Part shown: piece after piece, positions 47,998-59,426 of the stretch
Position numbering within the stretch: position 1 is the first letter of the stretch
Layout of the letters: every line of letters begins with the position of its first letter
Position numbers and translations under genes: made by a program
The notes under the pieces: generated by a model
Seen by the model: only the letters and a program-made list of their open reading frames with translations
What the model was told of the DNA's origin: nothing
Databases searched by the model: none
Source of the DNA: a virus
Length of the DNA stretch: 64,000 nt
IMG/VR virus record: IMGVR_UViG_3300022939_000017
Coordinates: 7,416 to 71,415 of that record
Reading direction: 5' to 3' (one strand)

Positions 47998-50826
47998 TTA
48001 TTGTATTTTTGACTTTAATTCGTCAATTTGTTTTTGTTGTTCCTTAATAGCTTCTATCAAGAGACCGGTAAGTTTGGCATAATCTACACCTTTAAAACCA
48101 TTATCTCTATCAGTTACTAATTGTGGAAGAACTTTCTCAACATCTTGTGCAATAACCCCTACATTTGGTAAAGATTGTTGTAATTCATCTGCATTTTCGT
48201 TCCAATTCCAAGTTACACCTTTTAGAGATTGAACTTTTTCTATTGGGTTAGAGATAAGTTCTATATTATCTTTTAATCTTTCATCTGATGATGCGTATGC
48301 TACAACATCACCACCTACATTCAATGCCCCACTAATACCAACACCACCAGTTACTATAAGAGCTCCTGTTGTTTTAGTTGTTGAAGCGGTTGAGTCAGAA
48401 ATATTAACTGCTGCTGAGAATGTTTTAGCTCCACTAAATGTTTGTGTTCCACTTAGGTGTGCTGTATTTGATGATAAGTAAGCATCTGCAATTGCCGTAC
48501 CTTGCCAAGTACCTGTTGAGATTGTTCCTAACGTAGTTAAGTTTGTTGAACCAGCCCAAGTTGATACCGCAGTGTTTTCAACATTTCCTAATCCAATATC
48601 TGATTTTGTAAGGTTTCTTGTAGATACACTTGCATTAGCATCTGTAACGTGTCCTAAAGTATCAGTTGTAATATTGAAATCTAAATCAGAAATTACAGTT
48701 GCTCCTGTCAACGGAGTTGTATCAATATCTATATCATCACCGGCATGAGTAGGGTGAGTATAATTTGAAGTACCCGCGACATCTACTCCAATTAAACTTC
48801 TAACTTCAGCCGCTGTAATTCCAGTATTTAATGAAGGGGTTGAACCATTTGAAGTAATTGCTGGAACTGAGGTATCAATAGCGTTCCAAGTAGCGGCTGA
48901 TGCAATATATGAATCTGCAATTGCCGTACCATTCCATGTACCAGTTGTAATTGTACCTAATGTAGTGATTGAAGTATTACCAGCACCTATTACGATTCTT
49001 TCTTCAGAACCCGCTAAACCAGCAACCCAATAATCATTTGATTCATCCCAAAGTAAAGCTGAGTTGGTAGAACTTCCTCTTTCGATTTCGATACCACCAT
49101 TTTGTGAAGGAGTTCCTGCCTCATCTGAGTTAAGTACAAGAACATTATCACCAATATTTACGGTATTTGAATTTACAGTTGTTGTAGTACCATTTACGGT
49201 TAAGTTACCTGTAATTGTTACGTTGTTTGAGAATGTTCTATCACCTGCAATTGAATCTGCTAAACCGATAGTTACAGTTCCACCACTACCAAGAGTAATT
49301 GAATCACCACCATCGATTGAAATTTCATTTGAAGTTCCTGCAAAAGATAATGTAGTGTTACCTTGAACTGCTGTATTTGCAGATGAACCATAATTAACTG
49401 CAATAGTTGGAGTTGAACCTTCTCCTGTGTTTGAACCAATAGTTACACCTGTTCCACTTCCAAGAGTTGCAACATAATTACCACTTGTTTGTGTTCCTAA
49501 TGCGATATCACCTGTAATTGAACCAGCCTGAACTTGACTTGAACCTGAAATAGTACCTGATGGTAAGATTGCCTGAACATCACCATTTGTTACAGTACCT
49601 AAAGTTGTTATATTAGATGAACCTGCCCAAGTAGAAAGAGCAGTATTTTCAACATTTCCTAAACCAACTTGTGATTTTGTTACTGAGTGTGGGTTGGAGG
49701 TTGATGCAATGTGAGAATCAACTGAAGAAGTATAAGTTTCTAATGTATCAAATTTATCATCAGAGGTAGCCCAAACCAAATCATTAGAACCAGTATAAGT
49801 TTCTAAATATGTTAATCTACTATCTTGAATAGATTGTTCTGTTGTTATAGAACCTGTTTCAGTTGAAAGTTGGTCTAATCTACTATTTTGAGTTGTATTA
49901 GTTGTATCGTTTGATGCAGTATAAGAGTTTAATGAACTTAAAACATCAGTAATCTGAGCCGAACCAGAAACTACACCACCTTTTAAATTTGCTGATAGTG
50001 TATTTGAACTTAAAATTAAATCAACTTGTGATGTATCAGTAATAGATAATGTTGGTTGATATGAAGAAGTTGCTGCTTCAATATTTGATAATCTCGAATC
50101 TTGATTAGTATTTGTTGTATCATTAGATGATGTATAAGAGTTAAATGTATTTTTAAATCCACTAACGTCTATACCATCAACAGTACCCGTTACCGCAATT
50201 GAACCAGTAACTCCTAAACCATTACCAAATTGTATTGCGTTTCCATCAGATGATAAAATTTTCTTATGTGCTGCTACTTGAACAGGTGCATCTAACTCAA
50301 TATTACCATTTCCATTTGAACTAAGAGTGATATCTCCATTTGCAGTTTCTAATGTAATAGTATCATTTCCAGTTTCTAATACTTTAAACGACTCACCCGC
50401 ATCAGTTTGAATAGTAAGGTCTGTACCATCTGTTGAAATTACTTGAGTTCCATTTATATAAAGAGAAGCGGAAGAAATATAAACATCTCTAAATGGATTT
50501 TCTGCTGTTCCAAGGTCAATGTTAGTTGCCGATGGCACCATACTTTTACTTAGTGTTACAGAACTATCACTTTGTGATAATGGGTTATTGTTGATATCAT
50601 TAAATTCAACTTGTGATGAAGCACTAAATACTCCATCAAGATTAAATAAATCATCAATTTGTGCAGAGGATGAAACAATACCTGTTCCACCAAAGGTTAG
50701 ATTTGAACCTTCACCCTGAAATGACCCACTAAATGAACCACTATAAACACCACCTTCTGGGTATGTTACAGAAGCTCCATCTGCGAATGTCATTGAACCT
50801 GAAATTATGGGACTGTGTATAATCAT
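47998..50826 (-). CDS. Tail fibre with C-terminal intramolecular chaperone (peptidase S74)
   Basis: SSDERLKDNI...GVIAQDVE...VDYAKL...EAIKE; NPHSVTKSQVGLGNVEN fibre repeats. Confidence 0.85.
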   Translation of the reverse strand: MIIHSPIISGSMTFADGASVTYPEGGVYSGSFSGSFQGEGSNLTFGGTGIVSSSAQIDDLFNLDGVFSASSQVEFNDINNNPLSQSDSSVTLSKSMVPSATNIDLGTAENPFRDVYISSASLYINGTQVISTDGTDLTIQTDAGESFKVLETGNDTITLETANGDITLSSNGNGNIELDAPVQVAAHKKILSSDGNAIQFGNGLGVTGSIAVTGTVDGIDVSGFKNTFNSYTSSNDTTNTNQDSRLSNIEAATSSYQPTLSITDTSQVDLILSSNTLSANLKGGVVSGSAQITDVLSSLNSYTASNDTTNTTQNSRLDQLSTETGSITTEQSIQDSRLTYLETYTGSNDLVWATSDDKFDTLETYTSSVDSHIASTSNPHSVTKSQVGLGNVENTALSTWAGSSNITTLGTVTNGDVQAILPSGTISGSSQVQAGSITGDIALGTQTSGNYVATLGSGTGVTIGSNTGEGSTPTIAVNYGSSANTAVQGNTTLSFAGTSNEISIDGGDSITLGSGGTVTIGLADSIAGDRTFSNNVTITGNLTVNGTTTTVNSNTVNIGDNVLVLNSDEAGTPSQNGGIEIERGSSTNSALLWDESNDYWVAGLAGSEERIVIGAGNTSITTLGTITTGTWNGTAIADSYIASAATWNAIDTSVPAITSNGSTPSLNTGITAAEVRSLIGVDVAGTSNYTHPTHAGDDIDIDTTPLTGATVISDLDFNITTDTLGHVTDANASVSTRNLTKSDIGLGNVENTAVSTWAGSTNLTTLGTISTGTWQGTAIADAYLSSNTAHLSGTQTFSGAKTFSAAVNISDSTASTTKTTGALIVTGGVGISGALNVGGDVVAYASSDERLKDNIELISNPIEKVQSLKGVTWNWNENADELQQSLPNVGVIAQDVEKVLPQLVTDRDNGFKGVDYAKLTGLLIEAIKEQQKQIDELKSKIQ

Positions 50827-50866
50827 TTTTTATTCTCTTCCTTTTATATTATAAATATATATTTTT

Positions 50867-51502
50867 TTAAATAGAACCACCATCAACTGAACTTATCACG
50901 GTTGCATCAGCAGTACCAGTAACATCACCTGCCATTGTGATTTGATTAGAACTACTAAATACTCCTAAATTATTAATTTCTGTTGTAACTGCCGTATCCA
51001 AACCATCAATGTTATCTGATGAGATAGAACCACTAACTATATGACCACCTTTTGCAACTACAACATATCCGCTTTCAGCACTTGAGAATGTTACTGTGAT
51101 TGTATTGTTATCAGTAACTCTTAAAGTCTGTGGAATAATTTGATAGTTTGCATTATCATATACTTGAGCAATTGGATTTGGTGTATTTAAGTTGTGATTT
51201 ACAACCCATGTTGATGAATTTGTAAATGAACGTTGGACGGTTGCAGATTGGTCAACGGTAATATTCGTTAGTTGAGAACCATCTCCTACAAAGTAAGATG
51301 CAGTTACAGAACCACTAATTTCAACTGAGCCGGTATAAACATTTCCAACTAATTCTTGTACAGTATCACCCTGTGAACCACTTCTTCTTAGAAATACTTT
51401 ACCATCATCAACGTTTATTGCTAATTCGCCAATCGATAAATCACTTGTGGTTGGTTTGGAACCAGGAGTGGTGCTTCTTTTAAGTTTGATAATTTGAGCC
51501 AT
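50867..51502 (-). CDS. Short fibre-like protein with Mtd_N-like anchor
   Basis: Paralogous to the N-terminal part of 46429-47922 (GELAIN.DDG, VVAKGGH.VSGS); ends DGGSI. Confidence 0.7.
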   Translation of the reverse strand: MAQIIKLKRSTTPGSKPTTSDLSIGELAINVDDGKVFLRRSGSQGDTVQELVGNVYTGSVEISGSVTASYFVGDGSQLTNITVDQSATVQRSFTNSSTWVVNHNLNTPNPIAQVYDNANYQIIPQTLRVTDNNTITVTFSSAESGYVVVAKGGHIVSGSISSDNIDGLDTAVTTEINNLGVFSSSNQITMAGDVTGTADATVISSVDGGSI

Positions 51503-51508
51503 ATTTAT

Positions 51509-54500
51509 CTATTCCAATCTATTTTTTAAAGATGTAACTTCTTTTGATAATTCTTTAATTCCTTCTATAAGTAATGATACTATCTTATCATATTTTACGG
51601 CTTTATACCCATTTTCTCTCGTTTGTACCAATTCTGGTAAAATTTCTTCGATTTCTTGAGCAATTACTCCATAATCCTTACCTTTATAAATATTTTGTTT
51701 TTCTTCATTCCATACAAAACTGTTACCAGAAATTTGGTTTATTTTTTCTAATGGGTTAGAAATTGGTTGAATATTATCTTTTAATTCTCTATCTGATGAT
51801 GCATATGCAACAATATCATCACTTGATTTTATTGAACCACTAAAGAAAGTATCTTGATTTATAAATAATCTACTATTTGAATTATCCCAAGTGAATGAAG
51901 CATTTGCTCCAGCAATTTCAATACCACCACCATCGGCAGCTGCTGAATTTGATGAACCACTTGCAACGGTTATTAACTTATCTTCAATTCTTAATTCACT
52001 TACTTGGATTTCAGCAGATGTTCCTAATACTTCTAAATTTCCAGTTACAGTTAAGTTACCTGTAAATGAACCTGTTTTAAATGTTACATCAGATGTAGTT
52101 GAAAGGTTTTGATTTATAGTATCAAGATTTGCTTTATTTGAATGAGTATGAGAATCAGTTTCTAATGAATCTAAACGAGTATCTACTGATTCGGAATATT
52201 GTGTACCTACAATTAAAGTATTGATTTGGGTTGAACCAGAAACTACACCACCAGAAAGGTTTGCAGAAATACTACCACCATTGATAATCATATCAACATT
52301 AGAAGTATCACTTGATGCTGAAATTATATTATTTGATATTCCACTTAATTCTGTAAAGTTTACTTGTGAAGAACCTGATACTACACCACTTGGTAGTAAA
52401 GAAGTTAAATCACCAAAACTTAAAACACCACTACCATTTGTAACAAGTGCTTGTCCATTTGTTCCATCCGATGTTGGGAATTTATATGCGTTGTTGAAAG
52501 TAATAGCTCCACCATCATTACCATCAATCTTAAACTGTCCGTTATTACTTGAAGGGTCTGCACCTGTTCCATCGGTATCAACAGCAACTGAAAACTGTGT
52601 TCTAGCAGCATTATTTGTATTATCAAAAGCAAACGCACCACCTACAAGTAGTGATGTACCATTATAGTATTCGTGGTTACTTCTAAATAGATAATCACCT
52701 GATTGTACTGCAGAAGGTGAACCACTTGAACCTCTGTATCTTCTTGTTCTAACATCAGGTGCATCTGAAGTATCGTTATACTGCTCCATTCTAATTTGAG
52801 CAGTTTGTGCACCCTCACCTGTCATGTGAAGTGTAACTTCTGGGTTGGATTGATTGATACCTAAGTATTTATTTACGGTATCTAATGCAAGAATATTTGA
52901 AGAAGTTACTGAATTTGTTCCTGTTGCAATGATTGTTTCATTAGCGGTAAATCCACCACTTGCTGATACAAATCCTTCTAATTGAGTTGAACCACTAATA
53001 ACACCTTCTACATCTAATTTGGTTTTTATTGTCGTATCAATAGATGAAGTAAATGATTCAATTGAATCAATTCTACTATCAAATGAAGAAGTTGTAGAAT
53101 GAATATTTGTAATGTTTATATCATTAGATGCAGTATATGCATTAATTGAAGTTAAAACATCAACAATTTGTTCCGAACCACTAACTACACTATCTCCATT
53201 GATTTCTAAGTATCTTAAATCTAAAGATGAAGTTACTTGGTCTGAACCCGATACTATACCATCAATATTAAATAAATCATCAAATTGTGCTGAAGATGAA
53301 AGTACTCCATCTGCATCTAATTTTGCTTTAATACCTCCTAAGAAGTGTGTTGAACCTGTTGCCAGTGTAAGTACAACATCTCCCACATTACCATAATATC
53401 CACTTCCATCTGTTGTACCACTACCATTGTGTGATATACCAGTAATATTTTCCGAATACAGATTGGATGAGTTTATAGATGTGATATCACCCGCACCAGC
53501 ATCAATCAACGCTTGGTTTACTGCGTAGTTTGTTGGAATTACATTTTGGTCATTATCAATTGAGTTAGATACATTTAAGAATGCTGCTGTACCTAAAACT
53601 CTATATCCTACTGAACCAGCCGAACCACTAACAAGTGCATTTAATTCACCACTTCCTAATTCGGAAAGAGATGAAAGTGATAAACCACTAAATGTTGGTG
53701 AATCTGATTCTTTTAATCCTAAATCTACGTTTGTATCTGTATCGTTTATACTCGCGGTTAATACACCTTGATGATTTGATACAAATGATGAACCTGAAAT
53801 TACATCATCTCCGTTGATTTCTAAGTATCTTAAATCCAATGATGAGGTTACTTGAGATGAACCACTTACAATTCCATTTCCAACTACCTCATACCTTAAA
53901 TCTAATGATGAGGTTACTTGAGATGAACCGGAAACAGTTCCTTCTGGTAGAAAATCAACTACTTGTTGTGAACTACTTACTAATGTATGGGTTGAACTTG
54001 CTATCTCTTCATATCTTAAATCTAAAGAAGATGTTACCTGGTCTGAACCCGAAATTACATCATCTCCATTGATTTCTAAATATCTTAAATCAAGTGATTG
54101 TGTTACTTGAGATGAACCAGAAATTACCCCACCATATAAATTAGCAGTTATATTGCCATTTGTAATTGTAAAATCAATATTGTTTGAATCTGTTGAAGAT
54201 GATACTATATTCGAAGGTATAGATGAGATATCTCCATAAACTATTTGTTCTGAACTACTAACTACGCTATCTCCATTGATTTCTAAGTATCTTAAATCTA
54301 ATGATTGTGTTACTTGAGATGAACCGCTAACAATATTACTACCACCAAAATTTATATTTCCATGTTGAATATCTGTTAATTCAGAACCATCTCCCTTAAA
54401 TCCTACCGATGAAGTTACTTTGGCATCTAAAACAAATGAAGTTGTATTATGGTCCCAAGTTATTGATTTATTAGCACCATCAATATAAATACCAGCACCA

Positions 54501-55825
54501 TCAGCGGTTGTTGAATCTGTTGAACCACTTGCTAAAGTAATTAATTTATCTTCGATACTTAATTCTGTTGTAGAAATTTCGGTTGCAGAACCTAAAACAG
54601 TTAAGTTTCCATTTACAATTACATTCCCAGTAAACGAACCTGTATTAAATGTTACAGTTGAAGTTGTTGCTAAATCTTGGTCAATTGTATCAAGATTTGC
54701 TTTATTTGAGTGTGAGTGTGAAACATCACTTAATAAATCTAATCTACTTTCATGTGATGCAGAAGTTAATTCTAAGTTATCTAATCTTCCATCTTGTGAA
54801 CCACTATCCGATTCTAACTGATTTAATCTATCTTCATATGATGCAGTTAAATTGGTAAGTGTTGTACTTTTTTCTTCTTCTACATCTAATCTACTACTTA
54901 AAGAACCTGTTTCAGTTTCTATTTGAGATAATCTATCATCATGTGATGCAGAAGTTAGTTCTAAACTTGTTAATCTTCCATCTTGTGAACCGCTATCAAC
55001 TTCTAACTGGCCCAATCTATCATCATGTGATTGAGAAGTTAGTTCTAAGTTATCTAAACGATTATCTTGTGAACCAGTATCAGTTTCAAGTTGTGTTATT
55101 CTATCATCGTGTGATTGGGAAGTTAATTCTAAGTTATCTAAACGATTATCTTGTGATGCAGAATCTAATTCTAAGTTTGTTAATCTTCCATCTTGTACAC
55201 CTTGTTCATCTTCAATAGAACCTGTTTCAGTTTCTAATTGTGATAATCTATCATCATAAGATGCTGTTAGTGTTTGTAAAACAACACTTTTTGCTTCTTC
55301 ATCATCCAATCTCAAATCCAATGATGATGTTTCAGATTCTATATTTGTTAATCTATTTTCAACAGATGATGTATAATCGGAAAAATCTGTATTTGATGAT
55401 GATAAAATTCCACTACCTGGTAATTTAATATCTTCAATTGAAGCAGATACAACAAAAAGATTATTGTATCTTTTTGATAATGAACCTAAATCATACTCAG
55501 CATCGTTATCAGGTATAAGAGAACCACTAAGAGATGAATTTACAATAATTTCATCACTTGCATCTCCTGTTCCTAAAAATATACTACCACCAAGAACAAT
55601 ATTACCATCAATTGTTGCATCACCACTTAACTTTAAGTTAGATGCAGTTATATTACCATTTAAAACAATATTACCATCGATTAATCTATCTAATGGTAGT
55701 AAAGAATAAACAGAAGAACCACTTGCATATTGAATTGAACCTGTTGTGTAATTAAGAAATATTTCACCATCTGTCAATGCTGGTGATGCTGAAGTACCTC
55801 TTCTTAGTTTTAATATTGCTGCCAT
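51509..55825 (-). CDS. Long tail fibre with coiled-coil repeats and S74 chaperone
   Basis: LKLRRG...GEI anchor, 14-aa repeats, SSDRELKDNI...GVIAQEIE. Confidence 0.85.
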   Translation of the reverse strand: MAAILKLRRGTSASPALTDGEIFLNYTTGSIQYASGSSVYSLLPLDRLIDGNIVLNGNITASNLKLSGDATIDGNIVLGGSIFLGTGDASDEIIVNSSLSGSLIPDNDAEYDLGSLSKRYNNLFVVSASIEDIKLPGSGILSSSNTDFSDYTSSVENRLTNIESETSSLDLRLDDEEAKSVVLQTLTASYDDRLSQLETETGSIEDEQGVQDGRLTNLELDSASQDNRLDNLELTSQSHDDRITQLETDTGSQDNRLDNLELTSQSHDDRLGQLEVDSGSQDGRLTSLELTSASHDDRLSQIETETGSLSSRLDVEEEKSTTLTNLTASYEDRLNQLESDSGSQDGRLDNLELTSASHESRLDLLSDVSHSHSNKANLDTIDQDLATTSTVTFNTGSFTGNVIVNGNLTVLGSATEISTTELSIEDKLITLASGSTDSTTADGAGIYIDGANKSITWDHNTTSFVLDAKVTSSVGFKGDGSELTDIQHGNINFGGSNIVSGSSQVTQSLDLRYLEINGDSVVSSSEQIVYGDISSIPSNIVSSSTDSNNIDFTITNGNITANLYGGVISGSSQVTQSLDLRYLEINGDDVISGSDQVTSSLDLRYEEIASSTHTLVSSSQQVVDFLPEGTVSGSSQVTSSLDLRYEVVGNGIVSGSSQVTSSLDLRYLEINGDDVISGSSFVSNHQGVLTASINDTDTNVDLGLKESDSPTFSGLSLSSLSELGSGELNALVSGSAGSVGYRVLGTAAFLNVSNSIDNDQNVIPTNYAVNQALIDAGAGDITSINSSNLYSENITGISHNGSGTTDGSGYYGNVGDVVLTLATGSTHFLGGIKAKLDADGVLSSSAQFDDLFNIDGIVSGSDQVTSSLDLRYLEINGDSVVSGSEQIVDVLTSINAYTASNDINITNIHSTTSSFDSRIDSIESFTSSIDTTIKTKLDVEGVISGSTQLEGFVSASGGFTANETIIATGTNSVTSSNILALDTVNKYLGINQSNPEVTLHMTGEGAQTAQIRMEQYNDTSDAPDVRTRRYRGSSGSPSAVQSGDYLFRSNHEYYNGTSLLVGGAFAFDNTNNAARTQFSVAVDTDGTGADPSSNNGQFKIDGNDGGAITFNNAYKFPTSDGTNGQALVTNGSGVLSFGDLTSLLPSGVVSGSSQVNFTELSGISNNIISASSDTSNVDMIINGGSISANLSGGVVSGSTQINTLIVGTQYSESVDTRLDSLETDSHTHSNKANLDTINQNLSTTSDVTFKTGSFTGNLTVTGNLEVLGTSAEIQVSELRIEDKLITVASGSSNSAAADGGGIEIAGANASFTWDNSNSRLFINQDTFFSGSIKSSDDIVAYASSDRELKDNIQPISNPLEKINQISGNSFVWNEEKQNIYKGKDYGVIAQEIEEILPELVQTRENGYKAVKYDKIVSLLIEGIKELSKEVTSLKNRLE
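53110..54330 (-). repeat. Intragenic ~23-aa repeats SGSSQVTSSLDLRYLEINGDxV
   Basis: Several near-identical DNA copies of gatttctaagtatcttaaatc...gttacttgagatgaacc. Confidence 0.85.
54740..55330 (-). repeat. Intragenic 42-bp (14-aa) tandem repeat, e.g. QDNRLDNLELTSQS / HDDRITQLETDTGS
   Basis: Directly visible in both protein and DNA. Confidence 0.9.
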
Positions 55826-55928
55826 TTAATTCTGCTTCCTAATTTATTACATATAAATATAAAATATGAGAATTTGTTGTTCACTAAACACTCTATCACT
55901 TATATAAGTATAAGAAAGTTAAAAGTAT

Positions 55929-55961
55929 AAAAAAAATCCCCAACCTTTCGGAAGGGGATTT
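55929..55961 (-). terminator. Rho-independent terminator
   Basis: AAATCCCC...GGGGATTT stem followed by a T-run on the minus strand. Confidence 0.75.
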
Positions 55962-55984
55962 CTTAATTTATAAGTAAATTCTTA

Positions 55985-58900
55985 TTAGAATGTACCTCCA
56001 TCAATTTCGTTACTTGCAACGAATGATGAACCATTCCATTGAATTACATCTCCAGCGTTTGAAGGAGTAACTGCCTCAAGTGATTTATTTGAATCGAAAT
56101 AAACGAATGAGTTAGCAGATGCCGCATTGATTCTCAACTCAGCAGTTCCACTAATTGTTACATTTGTTCCATCATCAGTAATCAATGAGTCAACTAATAA
56201 TCCATTAGAATCAGCCTTAAGTACTGTATTAGAAGTTGGAGAAGAATCTAATCTCGCAAATTCTTTTTCAGAACCAAGAGGTCCACCTTTCCAATAGTCA
56301 TTAGTACCATCCCATAGTAATGAACCACTAACTGTGTTTCCACCAGTAGAATCAGTAACTTGTAAACCAGCAGTAGATTGAGCACCACCGATGTTAAGTT
56401 CTAAGATGTTATCACCAATTTGAACAGTAGTTGAGTCGATTGTAGTAGTTGTTCCTAATACTGAAAGGTTTCCAGTAACAGTTACATTACCAGTAACACC
56501 TAAATCATTAGTAACTGTCAAATCATTTCCGATTGTTACATCATTTGGTAAACCAACAGTTACAGTTCCACCACTACCTAAAGTTACTGAACCACCACTA
56601 ACTTCAATTTCGTTAGAAGTACCTTGAACTGTTAATGAAGTGTTACCTTCAACAGAAGTTCCTGCAGTTGAACCATAATCAACTTCTACTGAGTTATCAA
56701 CACCATTAAGTGAGATACCTGTACCAGCAACATCAGCATTAAGTGCGGAAGCGGGAACTCCACCTGATTTGATTGATACATTTCCACTTGTTACACCAAA
56801 GTTAGTTGATGAGAATGAAGCGATACCTTTTTGTGAAGTTGAACCATCTTGTACTGAAACAGTTACAGTATCAGTAGCAACAGTTGCGGATACTCCAGTA
56901 CCACCAGCGAATGAAAGTGCCCCATCTAATAAAGATACGGTATCATTTGAACCATCAGAACCACTAACAGTAAGTGTAGTTGATAATCCTGTAATTCCAC
57001 TACCATCTCCAAAGAATGAACCACTAAATGAACCAGTAACACTAACATCAGCAGAGTTACCAATTGTAGTTCCATCTAATTGAGATGAACCAGAAATTAC
57101 ACCATTAGTTGCGTTGATTTGACCAGTTACATTTCCTGTTACATTTCCTGTTAAATCACCATACAAGTTAGTTGCGTGTACTTCAGCAAATTTATCAGTA
57201 GATGAACCTAAATCGTAAGTGTTAGTTGCAGATGGAATAATATCTGAAGAAACTTCACCACCGAAAGAGATTGTATCAGAAGATGCATCTCCAATTGTGA
57301 TGTTACCTCCAAGAGTAATATTACCATCAATCTTAGCATTTCCAGTTAAATCAAGTGTAGAACCTGAAATACCTCCTAAGTTTACATCTTGTCCATCTAA
57401 TAAATCAACGATTTGAGTTGAACCAGAAACTAATGTATGAGAAGCAGATGCCTTTTCTTCAAAAGTTGCCGATAATGAAGCTGTATAAGTTTCAATATTA
57501 CTTAATCTTCCATCTTGAACACCTTGTTCAGTTGCAATAGAACCAGTTTCAGTTGCAAATTGGTCTAATCTTGTATCTTGTGCAGATTGTTCAGTTGCAA
57601 TTGAACCAGTTTCAGTTTCAAGTGAACTTAATCTTGCATCTTGTGCAGATTGTTCAGTTGCGATAGAACCTGTTTCAGTTGCAAATTGGTCTAATCTTGT
57701 ATCATGAGCTGAATCAGCTGATTGTAAGTTTGAAATATCAGTATCATTAGATGAAGTATAAGAGTTTAATGAATCTAAGATTCCAACTACTTGAGCTGAA
57801 CCAGAAACAACATCATCACCACCAGCTAAAAGAATTTTAATTTCTGAATCTTTAACACCAGCTTTCCAATAGTCATTTGTTGAATCCCAAACTAATGAAC
57901 CAGTATCAGTAGTAGGTGCAGTAGCATCTTTTACATAGATACCACCATTAGTAGCTCCTGTTCCATTTAATTCGATGATATTATCACCAATTTGAACAGT
58001 TGTAGAATCAACAGTTGTAGTTGTTCCTTGTACATCTAAGTTACCAACAACAGTTAAGTTGTTTCCAATTGTTACATCATTTGGTAATCCAATTTGAATT
58101 TGGTTGTCAGTTACTGCAGTTTCAATTTCGTTTGCAGTTCCAATAACAGAAAGTGAATCTGTTAATAAATCAACTTCATCATTACCAGTTGAACCACTAA
58201 TTTTTAAGTTAGTTGCTAAACCAGTTAATCCACTACCATCACCTTCGAATGAACCAGTGAAAGTTGAACCACCATCTGCATCACCAAAATTATCACCACT
58301 TACTCGGCCTGAACCGAAATCAGTAGCAACATTTAATAATTGTCCTGAACCACTAAATACATTAGTTCCACCAAATAAAGTTTCATCAGTAATTGAACTA
58401 CCTAATGATACTGAAGTACCACTAATAGTGATTGAAGAATTACTTAATGATGAATTACCAATATTTGATAGAGTGTTGTTTCCACCATCAATAGTTTTAT
58501 TAGTAAGAGTTTCAGTTGCTGAAGCATGAGAACCAGTATATGATTCTAAATTAGATAATCTGTTATCTTGTGCAGATTGTTCTGAAGCAATTGAACCAGT
58601 TTCAGTTGCAAATTGGTCTAATCTTACATCTTGTGCAGAATCTTTAGTTTCTAAAGCTCCTGTTGCAGCTGCTAATTCAGATTCAGATACGAAATCATCA
58701 TCTAAAGATGATGTAAATGATTCAATACTTGATAATCTAAGATTTTGTGCTACATCAGTAGATGCTAAAGATGAACTGAATGTAGAATATCCATCAGTAT
58801 CAGAAATTGTAATTTGTCCTGAACCACTAACTACTGTTTCAGCATCTAATTTTAATTTTACTCTTGCATCTGTATAATATAAGTTTGAACCTTCACCAAC

Positions 58901-59296
58901 ATTATCTGTGGTAAAAGAACCACTATCTGTGAAAGCTAATTGAATTTGTGAAGAACCAGATACGATTCCTGTTCCACCTGTCTGTGCCGATGCTTTTACT
59001 TCAACATTACCTGCCTTATTAAGGATGTAAAGTTTTTCTTCTGCGGTATCATAAAATGGAATACCGTCAACCGAAGTATCATAATCACCACCAGTTAAAT
59101 TAGGAACAGAAGTACCTTGAAGTACTTTGTTTGCTGGAGTTACCGTAGAACCATCTACCCCAAGAAACAATAATGAATCTCCGTTAGCAGCAGTAATGCC
59201 TGATGAACCTGTTACAACGAGTAATTCACCTGCTCTTTTGGTAGCACTAGCAACAGATTCTAACGAACCCCGTCTATGTTTTATAATTTGTGCCAT
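55985..59296 (-). CDS. Tail fibre-like protein
   Basis: IKHRRG...GEL anchor, duplicated V.GTTTT.DSTTVQIGDNI.ELN modules, 21-aa repeats, ends IDGGTF. Confidence 0.8.
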   Translation of the reverse strand: MAQIIKHRRGSLESVASATKRAGELLVVTGSSGITAANGDSLLFLGVDGSTVTPANKVLQGTSVPNLTGGDYDTSVDGIPFYDTAEEKLYILNKAGNVEVKASAQTGGTGIVSGSSQIQLAFTDSGSFTTDNVGEGSNLYYTDARVKLKLDAETVVSGSGQITISDTDGYSTFSSSLASTDVAQNLRLSSIESFTSSLDDDFVSESELAAATGALETKDSAQDVRLDQFATETGSIASEQSAQDNRLSNLESYTGSHASATETLTNKTIDGGNNTLSNIGNSSLSNSSITISGTSVSLGSSITDETLFGGTNVFSGSGQLLNVATDFGSGRVSGDNFGDADGGSTFTGSFEGDGSGLTGLATNLKISGSTGNDEVDLLTDSLSVIGTANEIETAVTDNQIQIGLPNDVTIGNNLTVVGNLDVQGTTTTVDSTTVQIGDNIIELNGTGATNGGIYVKDATAPTTDTGSLVWDSTNDYWKAGVKDSEIKILLAGGDDVVSGSAQVVGILDSLNSYTSSNDTDISNLQSADSAHDTRLDQFATETGSIATEQSAQDARLSSLETETGSIATEQSAQDTRLDQFATETGSIATEQGVQDGRLSNIETYTASLSATFEEKASASHTLVSGSTQIVDLLDGQDVNLGGISGSTLDLTGNAKIDGNITLGGNITIGDASSDTISFGGEVSSDIIPSATNTYDLGSSTDKFAEVHATNLYGDLTGNVTGNVTGQINATNGVISGSSQLDGTTIGNSADVSVTGSFSGSFFGDGSGITGLSTTLTVSGSDGSNDTVSLLDGALSFAGGTGVSATVATDTVTVSVQDGSTSQKGIASFSSTNFGVTSGNVSIKSGGVPASALNADVAGTGISLNGVDNSVEVDYGSTAGTSVEGNTSLTVQGTSNEIEVSGGSVTLGSGGTVTVGLPNDVTIGNDLTVTNDLGVTGNVTVTGNLSVLGTTTTIDSTTVQIGDNILELNIGGAQSTAGLQVTDSTGGNTVSGSLLWDGTNDYWKGGPLGSEKEFARLDSSPTSNTVLKADSNGLLVDSLITDDGTNVTISGTAELRINAASANSFVYFDSNKSLEAVTPSNAGDVIQWNGSSFVASNEIDGGTF
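57490..57720 (-). repeat. Intragenic 63-bp (21-aa) repeat QDxRLxxxxTETGSIATEQSA
   Basis: Three to four tandem copies, plus another near 58540-58640. Confidence 0.85.
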
Positions 59297-59426
59297 TATT
59301 TTTTTTTCCTTTGTTAAATATGTTTAACCGAAAACCTTTATTTTGTTCAACAGGACATTTGCCTAAATATTTTTAATAAGCACTATATAGTACTTCCAAT
59401 ATAAATATAAAAAAGTTTTAGTTTAT

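Noticed and set aside
53110-57720. CRISPR-like periodic repeats
   Set aside because: They are in-frame coding repeats with codon-position variation and no unique spacers or cas genes.
46429-59296. Diversity-generating retroelement suggested by Mtd_N-like anchors and repeats
   Set aside because: There is no reverse transcriptase in the window and no TR/VR pair with adenine-specific mismatches. The polA-end repeat mismatches are not A-specific either.
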